From contig NW_003314579.1 in assembly GCF_000143415.4 (NCBI RefSeq), positions 1-11,381 on the forward strand: a stretch of DNA of 11,381 nt, given 5' to 3'. The notes under the pieces are model-generated. The model did not search any database. It was not told where the DNA came from and was given only the letters and a program-made list of their open reading frames with translations. The translations under genes and the position numbers were made by a program. Below are positions 1 through 7,734 of this stretch, piece after piece. The stretch comes from Selaginella moellendorffii. Lineage: Eukaryota > Plantae > Lycopodiophyta. The stretch's first letter is position 1. The number at the start of each line of letters is the position of its first letter.

Positions 1-659
1 GTTTACGAACACCGAATATCTTTCAGCGCAACGCATGAGGCAAGCCTTGAAATTCTCTTTTTGTAAACAACTAGCACTGGTTTTACACAACAGGTATCGC
101 CAAATGTACTACCATATGGAGATATTTAAGAACGCAGATGTGATCGTAACTCCTACCACAGCGTGAGCTTGTTAGAACCTTGGTTGCATACTCTGAGCAC
201 TTGATCCACAGGGCAACAGCACCATCTATTTCGTTGGACGCTCTTGAATGTGGAGAACTCAACTATGTCTATGGAGGTAGCCGTCTTGAGTTTTGCTAAT
301 GTTCCAGCGATTTGTTTCAACGTGAATCATTGCAGCTAAACTCATGCGGTACCAGATTGCTGGGAACTTCATCGGACTTCCCGCGATATCTGTGCCGGTA
401 AACCACATGAACAAACTCCATCTCTAGCTAGCTCAATCTTTGGAGTTACCAGGTTGGATTTGACCAGGCGGGCATGCCGATTGGCATCCAACTTATCGGG
501 AAACCATGGTCGGAAGCTACGCTGCTCAGGCTTGCATACGTGATTGAGGTGAGAGATCACATTCTCCATTCACAGAGATGATAAAAGCTTTTTACTCTAC
601 AGGGCCTTTGTGCTGCTGAGAGCCGGCGGCCAGAGGTGTTGTTCGATCTCTTGCTATAA
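1..659 (+). CDS. FAAH: Fatty acid amide hydrolase (amidase-signature family), 3' part. Exons <1-39, 94-162, 212-276, 336-397, 453-548, 603-659 (stop TAA 657-659)
   Basis: Manual splicing gives FTNTEYLSAQRMRYRQMYYHMEIFKNADVIVTPTTAATAPSISLDALECGELNYVYGAKLMRYQIAGNFIGLPAISVPVGFDQAGMPIGIQLIGKPWSEATLLRLAYVIEGLCAAESRRPEVLFDLLL*. This is colinear with the plant FAAH C-terminus as recalled (DVIVTPTT, N-x-x-G-x-PAISVPVG, G-x-PIG-x-Q-x-x-G-x-PW-x-EAT). Introns are 49-59 nt with consistent phases; the first has a GC donor. Confidence 0.92.
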
Positions 660-813
660 ATTTGGCGAGCTTTGTAGGATTTCCTTATGCAATGTAATGT
701 TTAGTTTTTATTTAAGTATACATAGTTAGTGTTTAATGTTAGTACTAATATAAACCTTGGTGTCACCTTTTATGAAAGGAGATTTTAAAACTTGGATCTG
801 ATTGTCCATCTAA

Positions 814-1154
814 CGTCGTGCCCGCATTGCCACCGAAGCTCTCCTCCACATGAGCGCTACTGCTCGTGGCGGTCGTGCAAATCCCCTGGAGACGAAGCCC
901 GAGCGGATGATCCGGCAGATGGAACAGTGCGCGAGGCTGCAGACGCTGCTGCAGGAGCTCGTTGCCGTCGGCGATGCCGCGCGCATTCTTGCGGGCCATG
1001 GAATTGGCGCGGAGCTTCACGCTGTCGCGGTAGTCCTCGTGGACCTTGAGCGCGCGCTCGATGCGGGCGATGGAGCTGTTGCTGGAGATCCAGCTGCTGC
1101 GGAAGATGATCTCGATGATGTTGCGCGACGAATCGCCGCGCCCCAGCTCCGACA
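814..1154 (-). pseudogene. Truncated, internally deleted exon of a plant C2H2-zinc-finger / ADP-ribosylation(PARP-like)-fold gene (At1g75710/At5g54630-like family)
   Basis: Minus strand reads VSELGRGDSSRNIIEIIFRSSWISSNSSIARIERALKVH/EDYRDSVKLRANSMARKNARGIADGNELL, then after a frameshift SSVCSLAHCSICRIIRSGFVS, then after another frameshift GICTTATSSSAH. These match recalled family motifs (VSEL..DS.RNI.EIIF.SSW; ..ADGNELLRF; C..C.IIR.GF; G..TT.TS..AH). It is preceded by an intact acceptor (ctaattctttgtgttcttcag|tg, AG at 1156-1155). The C2H2 exon and C-terminal RA.LVCRVIAG motif are absent. Confidence 0.8.
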
Positions 1155-1252
1155 CTGAAGAACACAAAGAATTAGAATGGGTCGATCAAAGAGAGAATAT
1201 TTTGCGACAATCAAGACCGAAAAGGAAAATACTCCAAATTTAGACCACGGCC

Positions 1253-1274
1253 ATATATATATATATACACACAC
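1253..1274. repeat. (AT)7(AC)4 compound microsatellite; may act as a TATA-like element ~35-55 nt upstream of the ATPase start
   Basis: atatatatatatatacacacac read directly at 1253-1274. Confidence 0.85.
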
Positions 1275-1307
1275 GTTTATTTTCTAAATTACCATCAGGT
1301 ACCAAGT

Positions 1308-2621
1308 ATGGCAATGCTTCGGGCAGGTCGGTTATGCCGTAGGTTTTCTTCTCTGTCAAAGGCGTCACTAGACGTAGATGGTGTCTTCATGAACCGATGC
1401 GAACTGGCGAAGTTGCAGAGGGCGCTATCCAAGCGCCCGGGAGATGCCGGAGTCGTGGCGGCTCTGCAGGGGCCCAAGTCGTCGGGCAAGACCATGCTGA
1501 TCAGCGAGTTTTGCAGGAGGCAGCGGGAAGGTATGTTTGCCGGAACGTCCACGTACGTGAGTCTTCGTCACCCTGGCCTCACCGACCCCGGACGCTTGGC
1601 CACGGGCCTCATGGGGGGCTTCCTCAAATCCGTATCGTCTTTCCGGGCTGTAGACACCGGGAAGGATGTGGTCGGGCAATGGGCGATGGAGGTGGGGTTG
1701 AAGGATGAAGACTTGGAGACTCATCCATTCGGCTATGGACACTTCCGACTGTTTGAGGAGCCAGAGCCCACGGGGATGGTTGCAGTGCTAGACGCTCTCA
1801 GGCGATGTTTCCTGTCATGGATGAAGATCTTAAGACTCGAGGGCGGGCTTTATACGAAGGGTTTCCCTACAATCTTCATTGACGAGGCCAGCGCTTTGAT
1901 GTCGTGGACGGAGACGGCTGATGGGAGAGCGGCCATGAACCTGCTTTTCAGATGTCTGTTGGCGATGTCCCAGGAGGATTGTTCGACTAACGTCGTCCTG
2001 GGGTCGTCGGAGAGCTTCTTTGAGCGCTGGCTGGGCAACTGCACCCCCGTCGGAGGTCATCGTGTGGCGGAGTGGTACGTTGGGCATTTCCCGGAGCCCC
2101 TCGCCAAGGCATATTTCATGCGCCGGGTAGGGGAAGCCAAGCAGGCGGAGGTTGCTCCTCTGTGGGATGGCGTCTATCGCCTGTATGGCGGACAGGCGCT
2201 CGAGCTGAACCTCTTGGCGGGCTTGATTTGTGATTCTGAGCCGGGCGAGGCTGCGGAGGTCTTTCGAGGAGAAGCAGGGCTCTCAACCAGCAGTGCCGTT
2301 TCGGATGTGGTTTCAGGCTGGTCTCCCCGCCGCCTTGAGCGCTTTGATGGGAGGAGCGATGCGCTGTGGAAGCCGGAGGAATGGACTGAGGTGATAAGGG
2401 TGTGTGCAAAGGCGCCGGATGGTGTGGTGCCCAAGTGCGAGCTCAAGATAGCACAAGAAAGTGTTGACTCCATGATCGAGCACGATCGCCTTCAAGTGCA
2501 GCCTGTTATCAGCTGGGCTGAGAGCAGGACTGATCAAGACTTAGATTCCTATCCGCTTGTCATGCCAATGACAAAGGCAGAGCACCATGGGATGAAGCGG
2601 CTAGCCCGTCAACTTTCTTAA
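1308..2621 (+). CDS. Intronless P-loop NTPase, 437 aa, ATPase_2 ('archaeal ATPase')/AAA_16 STAND-like; N-terminus resembles a mitochondrial presequence
   Basis: Uninterrupted GC-rich ORF from ATG to TAA. Motifs: pre-P-loop FMNR-x-EL, Walker A GPKSSGKT (1470-1493), Y-V-S-L-R strand, Walker B IFIDEA (from 1872), VVLGSS-E-S-F-F-x-x-W-L, and helical-domain YRLYGG. N-terminus MAMLRAGRLCRRFSSLSK is Arg/Ser-rich with no acidic residues. Confidence 0.85.
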   Translation: MAMLRAGRLCRRFSSLSKASLDVDGVFMNRCELAKLQRALSKRPGDAGVVAALQGPKSSGKTMLISEFCRRQREGMFAGTSTYVSLRHPGLTDPGRLATGLMGGFLKSVSSFRAVDTGKDVVGQWAMEVGLKDEDLETHPFGYGHFRLFEEPEPTGMVAVLDALRRCFLSWMKILRLEGGLYTKGFPTIFIDEASALMSWTETADGRAAMNLLFRCLLAMSQEDCSTNVVLGSSESFFERWLGNCTPVGGHRVAEWYVGHFPEPLAKAYFMRRVGEAKQAEVAPLWDGVYRLYGGQALELNLLAGLICDSEPGEAAEVFRGEAGLSTSSAVSDVVSGWSPRRLERFDGRSDALWKPEEWTEVIRVCAKAPDGVVPKCELKIAQESVDSMIEHDRLQVQPVISWAESRTDQDLDSYPLVMPMTKAEHHGMKRLARQLS

Positions 2622-2958
2622 AGCATGTAATCATAGTCAATTAAAGTCAACGAATAGTTATCTATAACTTTAGTGTTCTTAAGGATAAACTTATCTGATA
2701 ACTTAAGGAGTAGTTTTTCAGTCCGAATTTACTCACCTTGTAATCCCACACATTCATTTAGATTTTTCAACAAGAGCTAGGTAAAGTCGAGCCTTTGTTC
2801 TCAAACATTGCTATAATTAATTAAAGATTCTTTTGTGATAAGCTAGAAGGAATTGAAACTAGAACATATGTCGTTAAGTTTAAGCCGGGGTTTTCGCTCC
2901 CCAGCCCTAACCCAGGAACTCACGCAAGCGAGCGCGCTTGGGGCGAAGAGAGGCGGCG

Positions 2959-4658
2959 ATGAGCGTCCTGACGCTGGATCTGCGGCCTGGCGCTGGCATC
3001 GGCGCCTTCAGCCTAGGTATGGTTGGATCCTCCCGCGCAATTGACCTAGAATTCTTCTCTCCGGGCGTTAGCTGAGCTTGACTCTCGAGAAATTCGTGTC
3101 CAGGGATGCCAGTTTGTGAGGCGCTTGCTTATATCGAGCAGCATCACTCCGTCTTTGATGTCGTGCACATCAAATTCAACGACGAGGTGAAGAAAAATTT
3201 CTTTTTTCTTTCCTTTCTCCTCATTAGCGACACTCGTTCAGGATCCGCTACAATTCGACCTTGTTATAAGCTTTCCAGAGCATGGATTTCACCTTCGTTT
3301 CGAGCCGCGGACGCAGGTCTGCGATTTTCTTGCTTTTTTTTCTTCTTGCTTTCTCACCAATGGTAAATGCGTCTATTCTAGAGGCTTCGTCTGATAGAAG
3401 TATATGATGTCCAACGCTTGCAAATGCGGTATGCCACGTCCTCGATTGGGTGAGCTCGCTAGCGTTTTTCTCTCCTTGATGGAATTTCTCGAGACTTACA
3501 CTTTACAGAGGTCCCAGTGTCGCGGCTACCTTCGTTGCCGTTTACGCACTCTTTGGCCCAACGTTTCCGGGATCGTTCGATGCAAAGCGGAATATCTATA
3601 CTCTCTTCTATCCTGTAAGCCTTGTCTTTCAAACTTTCCAGCCTGAAGGTGGGGCTTTATGATCATCTTTGCTTGCAGGGCCTGGCGTTCACATTTCCGA
3701 TTCCTGGGCAGTACACTAACTGCTGCCAAGATCGAGAAGGTAAGAGATCTACGTCCTGCGCATAATGGCAATGTTTCTGACTTTCATTTTTTCGTTTTTG
3801 GCTAAACCAGCTGAGCTGCCTATTGAGTTTCCAGATGGAACTACTCCTGTGATGTCTCGCGTCTGTATATATGACGGTGCGCTTGGTGGTAATGTGGAGG
3901 CTGGCGCTAACCTTGCGGCCCTGATAAAGAAAGCCATCCCGCCGCAACTACCTTCAGGAAGTTTATACATGGAAGAAGTCCATGCAAAGGTGTTTTGACT
4001 TTGTAAGTTTCTTATGCCTGCCATCTAAACTTCTTCTCTTTTGCATTAACAGCTCGCTGAGGACCTGTTCTTTACAACCAGTAAGAAGCGCTTGCCGTTT
4101 GGAGCGTCTCCTCAGGACGTGTGGGCAGAACTTGGCCGCCCCGACGGAATTCATCAAAAGCAGGTAACTATCGATATGAGAGAGAGAATCAGTCACAACA
4201 ATCTTTTCGTGTTACTCAGGTGGATCCTATGGTTATACACTCGGCATCGGATCCGAGGCCGAACTCAGCCCTTTNNNNNNNNNNNNNNNNNNNNNNNNNN
4301 NNNNNNNNNNNNNNNNNNNNNNNNNNNNNNNNNNNNNNNNNNNNNNNNNNNNNNNNNNNNNNNNNNNNNNNNNNNNNNNNNNNNNNNNNNNNNNNNNNNN
4401 NNNNNNNNNNNNNNNNNNNNNNNNNNNNNNNNNNNNNNNNNNNNNNNNNNNNNNNNNNNNNNNNNNNNNNNNNNNNNNNNNNNNNNNNNNNNNNNNNNNN
4501 NNNNNNNNNNNCTATGGCTACCGAAACATCGCATTTGAAGTAACCATATTCCCAAGTCTCTCTTTGGAACTCACTATGTTTTTTTCTTCTTTGTTTCTTG
4601 TATGTAGGTTATGAAGAACGGCCACATAGCAACTGTGACACTCTTCCAAACGAATTAG
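2959..4658 (+). CDS. PHAF1: PHAF1 / UPF0183 family protein (At3g51130-like). Exons 2959-3016, 3104-3186, 3242-3316, 3382-3449, 3509-3614, 3679-3739, 3811-3989, 4053-4163, 4220->4274, <4512-4539, 4608-4658
   Basis: Spliced translation MSVLTLDLRPGAGIGAFSLGMPVCEALAYIEQHHSVFDVVHIKFNDEDPLQFDLVISFPEHGFHLRFEPRTQRLRLIEVYDVQRLQMRYATSSIGGPSVAATFVAVYALFGPTFPG...LPIEFPDGTTPV...SLYMEEVHAK...PFGASPQDVWAELGRP...VIHSASDPRP...YGYRNIAFEVMKNGHIATVTLFQTN* closely matches the recalled plant UPF0183 sequence. All visible introns are GT-AG with consistent phases. Confidence 0.93.
4275..4511. other. Assembly gap (237 N) inside the PHAF1 gene
   Basis: Run of N from 4275 to 4511. Confidence 0.99.
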
Positions 4659-4896
4659 AGCGTCGCAAGAACCAATCACTCTCAAAACTCTCAAACTGTA
4701 CAGGATTGATGTAAATACTGCCCATCGCTTCGTGTGAATACGAATAATACAAGAAAGATGTTCTTGATTTGGTGTTCTTGGTTAGCTACAAAGTTTCTTA
4801 AAAAAACTACCAGGAATCGAGAGCTCGATGGTTGGTCAGCTCTAAAGTAGAAAAGAGAAGAAAAAAAATTTACACTGGATCGTCCATTCCTTTTTT

Positions 4897-6697
4897 TCAC
4901 AATGCCTCGTGACACCCCGCCGTTTGCAAGAGCACTGCTTTGATCTCTTCGGGGGCGATCTCGGCATCGCTACATTGCTGCTAAACAAGCCACCATTACC
5001 ATTTGCACGAGAGGAAAAGAGAACAAAAAAAGAACTTATACCTCGGCACGAAAGACGTCGAGGACGAAGCCATTGAAGCAGCTGATAACAGCCTGCTGGA
5101 CGTCCAGGCCAAGATCATCCAGAGCTCTCATCGTGGAGAGCAAAAGGCCTGGCGTTCTCGCGCAGAACATATGAATGTTAATTCCCTTGCCATCCCTTGT
5201 TCTCACCTCCACCTACAAAGACAAAGCCAAGGGGAATAAAAAAAACCATGAGAAAGGAACCACTTGGTCTTATACTACTATAGACTCCTACTATAGTACC
5301 TTTGCTGGCTGGAGATCTGTAGGAGGCCCGGGGAGCAACGGAAGCGGGGAGATGCTGGACGCCGGACATTCCTCCTTGACGCAAGGAGCGAAACTTTGGG
5401 GCGAAAGCAACGCTCCGGATTGCTGCTGTGGCGGAATTCCCATGCTCCCTCCATCTGCTGGGCCTTCCAGCTCGCTGTGGAGCTCGTTGATCCTCTGGAG
5501 GAGCTCCTTGAGATACTCGATCGCGTCACCCAGAATAGACGCTCTATCCATCTGACAAAATCAAACCAAGTTGAGAGTGAGTGAGAGCGAGAGGAGAAAA
5601 AGAGGTAAAGGCATGGAAAGAGGAGCGGGCGAGTGAATGCCAAGTTGCCCGAGTGGTTTGAAAGTACTCACCTTTGTAATTTTGGGGACCACCGAGCGAA
5701 GCATGTACAAGCGATCATTAAGCTTCTTCCGCCGTCGCCGCTCCGCCATGAGATTCTTGGCCGGAAGGCCCTTGCGATTCCCCCGGCCGGAAGGGCCCTT
5801 GTCCGCCACCTGGTGGCCGCCCATCGCCTCGTCATTCTCGCACAGAAGCCCGGATCCATCGTCCATCTCCTCGTCCTCGCGGAGCTCCAGATCGACGGTG
5901 GCCATGTCGTCGGACGCCGACATCACCGGGCTCCTCTTATGGACCAGCGGCTTCTTGCTCGGGCTGCTCGGCGGCGGCGGCGCTGGATGATGGAGAGAAT
6001 CGTCGCCCATCTCGAGGGAAGAATCCGGCGGCGCTTTGATCGCCCCTACGGCTGCTGCTATGGATGGAGATGTTTGCCCGCTCCCTGTATGCTGCTGCTG
6101 CTCGTGATGGTGATGGTTGTTCTTCCCGGACTTGGGCTTGGTCACCACCGAGGAGTGATCCTTGAATTCTCCTCCACTGCCACCTCCAAAGCAGTCGCCA
6201 AAAATGCCATTGCCGCTCTTGATCATCCCAATGCTGAGGCTGCTCCCAATTCCACTGAAATTCCCAAAGCTCGCGCCAGTGCTGGGGCCGAAGAGAGCTG
6301 GGAAGTCGAGGATCTGGCTGCCCGCCATGTCGGGCAGGAAGCCCGAGTGGAGATTGGCCACCGAGGACGAGGAAGAACACGCCGAGGAGGAAGCGCTGGC
6401 GTGGTGGTGGAAGCCGTTCCGGATGGGAGGCGGCGGTGGCAGCAATCCGGGCGAGAAATCGGTGATGAAGCAGCCGCTGGGCATGGAGGATTCGTCCAGG
6501 AAGGCGGACAAGCCGGTGGACCTGGCGTCGGATTTGCTGGCGGAGTGTGAGGCGGCGGCGGCGGCGGCCATGAAGTGGTGGTGCGAGGGCTGCGCTCCTC
6601 CTCCAGCGGCGCTAGGGTAAGAAGGCATGTCATCGATGAGCGAGCCATCGTACCAATCCTCCTCAAACGAGCCGTGGAGTGCCTGATCGACCACCAT
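4897..6697 (-). CDS. ICE1: ICE1/SCREAM-like bHLH transcription factor with C-terminal ACT-like domain. Core exons 6697-5672, 5551-5300, 5212-5042, 4980(or 4977)-4897, ~510 aa; probably extended N-terminally to ATG 6941
   Basis: [34 protein letters not shown]|[29 protein letters not shown] is the ICE1/SCRM bHLH-zipper. The C-terminus [57 protein letters not shown]|QC...[11 protein letters not shown] is the ICE1 ACT-like domain. VKEE SUMO-type motif at 5369-5380. Three phase-0 GT-AG introns at the usual ICE1 positions. Confidence 0.93.
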
Positions 6698-6941
6698 AGC
6701 CTGCGCGGCAAGGGAAATTTCTCATCCAGGCGATCGATCACGCGGAGATCCAAGAAAGAATACCTTGTGCTGTGGCTGATGCTGCTGCTGCTGCTGCCGA
6801 TCGTCCCCTATCGGCACCGTCCTGCGAAATTTCGAATCAAACAGTGAAAATTTCGGGAGAATCGCGGCAAGAACAGCACCTCATCTCCGATCCCTCGCCC
6901 CAGATTCCCTCCCTGCACAAGACGCTCGCGTCCGACGCCAT
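6698..6941 (-). CDS. Predicted N-terminal extension of the ICE1-like gene: exons 6941-6880 and 6821-6764, joined to 6700 (adds 41 aa [41 protein letters not shown])
   Basis: Two GT-AG introns, 6879-6822 (58 nt, AG|GTGCTG...TTTCGCAG) and 6763-6701 (63 nt, AAG|GTATTC...GCGCAG), match local intron sizes. They keep an ATGGCG start in frame with the main ORF, and the (CAG)5 repeat falls in frame as poly-Q. Confidence 0.6.
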
Positions 6942-7176
6942 GGAATGAGAGCGCGCGCGCGCCGCGATGGTCGATCACCTCCCGGATTCCGGCATCACGA
7001 ATGGCGCATTCCCGTCCCTGCGATCGCGATCATCTTTGTAGATTCGCCAGCGCCAAATTCTTTCTTGGCGGGGCGGCGTTGCCAGGCACCGCCCAACACG
7101 AAACACAAGGAAGCAAATCAAAGAAAAGGAAAAATTCACCGCACTTGAAATTCTTACCATGCGAGCTCCGTTTGTG

Positions 7177-7262
7177 TGACGGAACCGTCAGCCAAACGAA
7201 AAAGCGCGCGCTCCGTCCGGGCGACTGACGCCGCTAGACCGTCGGGCGTCAGCCACGTCGGC
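7177..7262 (-). promoter_or_regulatory. Putative cis-element cluster upstream of the ICE1-like gene: two inverted TGACG pairs plus overlapping ABRE (ACGTGGC) and DRE/CRT (GCCGAC) cores
   Basis: TGACGG-aa-CCGTCA at 7177-7190; CTGACGCC...GGCGTCAG at 7225-7232/7245-7252; GCCACGT at 7252-7258 and GTCGGC at 7257-7262 (minus strand GCCGACGTGGC). Motif matches only. Confidence 0.4.
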
Positions 7263-7711
7263 GTGTACGGCGCCCGTGCCGTCGGATCTTACCGCATCGC
7301 ACGGCTCCTGCAGCGCCACGGCGGTCCTCGGCATTGAATGCCGCGAATGCGACGGGTTTGAAGAACACACCAACCCGTTCGTACCATCGTCTAGATCATG
7401 TATCGTACGGACGATGATCAATCCTATTAGGAGAACTTGCAATGAACAAGAAAAAAAGGGGAGAACGAGGAACGATAGCTGCCGTGCTAGTCCCAAAGAG
7501 GAACGTCAACTTCATTAGGTCTTAATAGGTGGTGGGGCAAGATTCTGGAAAAAGGGAATCTTTACATACAGGGGCTTCTTCGATTTGATCAGTGCACCGC
7601 CTTCTCAAAAGCAGACGTATGCAAGCCCATGAAACAATTAGGTTGGAAAAGTTGGCGCAGTGGAATTCTCTGATTGCTTGGAATGGAATGGAAAGAAGAT
7701 TGATGGACTGG

Positions 7712-7734
7712 TTGATTGATTGATTGATTGATTG
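7712..7734. repeat. (TTGA)5 microsatellite
   Basis: ttgattgattgattgattgattg read directly. Confidence 0.9.

Noticed and set aside
763-1167. 134-aa minus-strand ORF as an intact gene
   Set aside because: It starts at a non-ATG codon in intronic sequence, is out of the homologous frame between ~951 and ~887, and its tail runs into AT-rich flank; treated as a pseudogene fragment.
2625-2870. CTAG motifs and small AT-rich palindromes as a Helitron or transposon end for the ATPase block
   Set aside because: No GC-rich subterminal hairpin, terminal inverted repeat or matching target-site duplication found on the left side.
5633-6550. 305-aa plus-strand ORF and other ORFs overlapping the large ICE1-like exon
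   Set aside because: Antisense or alternative-frame shadows of a GC-rich coding exon; no recognisable motifs.
7188-7518. GC-rich ORFs of 102 aa (-) and 80 aa (+)
   Set aside because: Non-ATG starts and no recognisable homology; better explained as GC-rich promoter or leader sequence.
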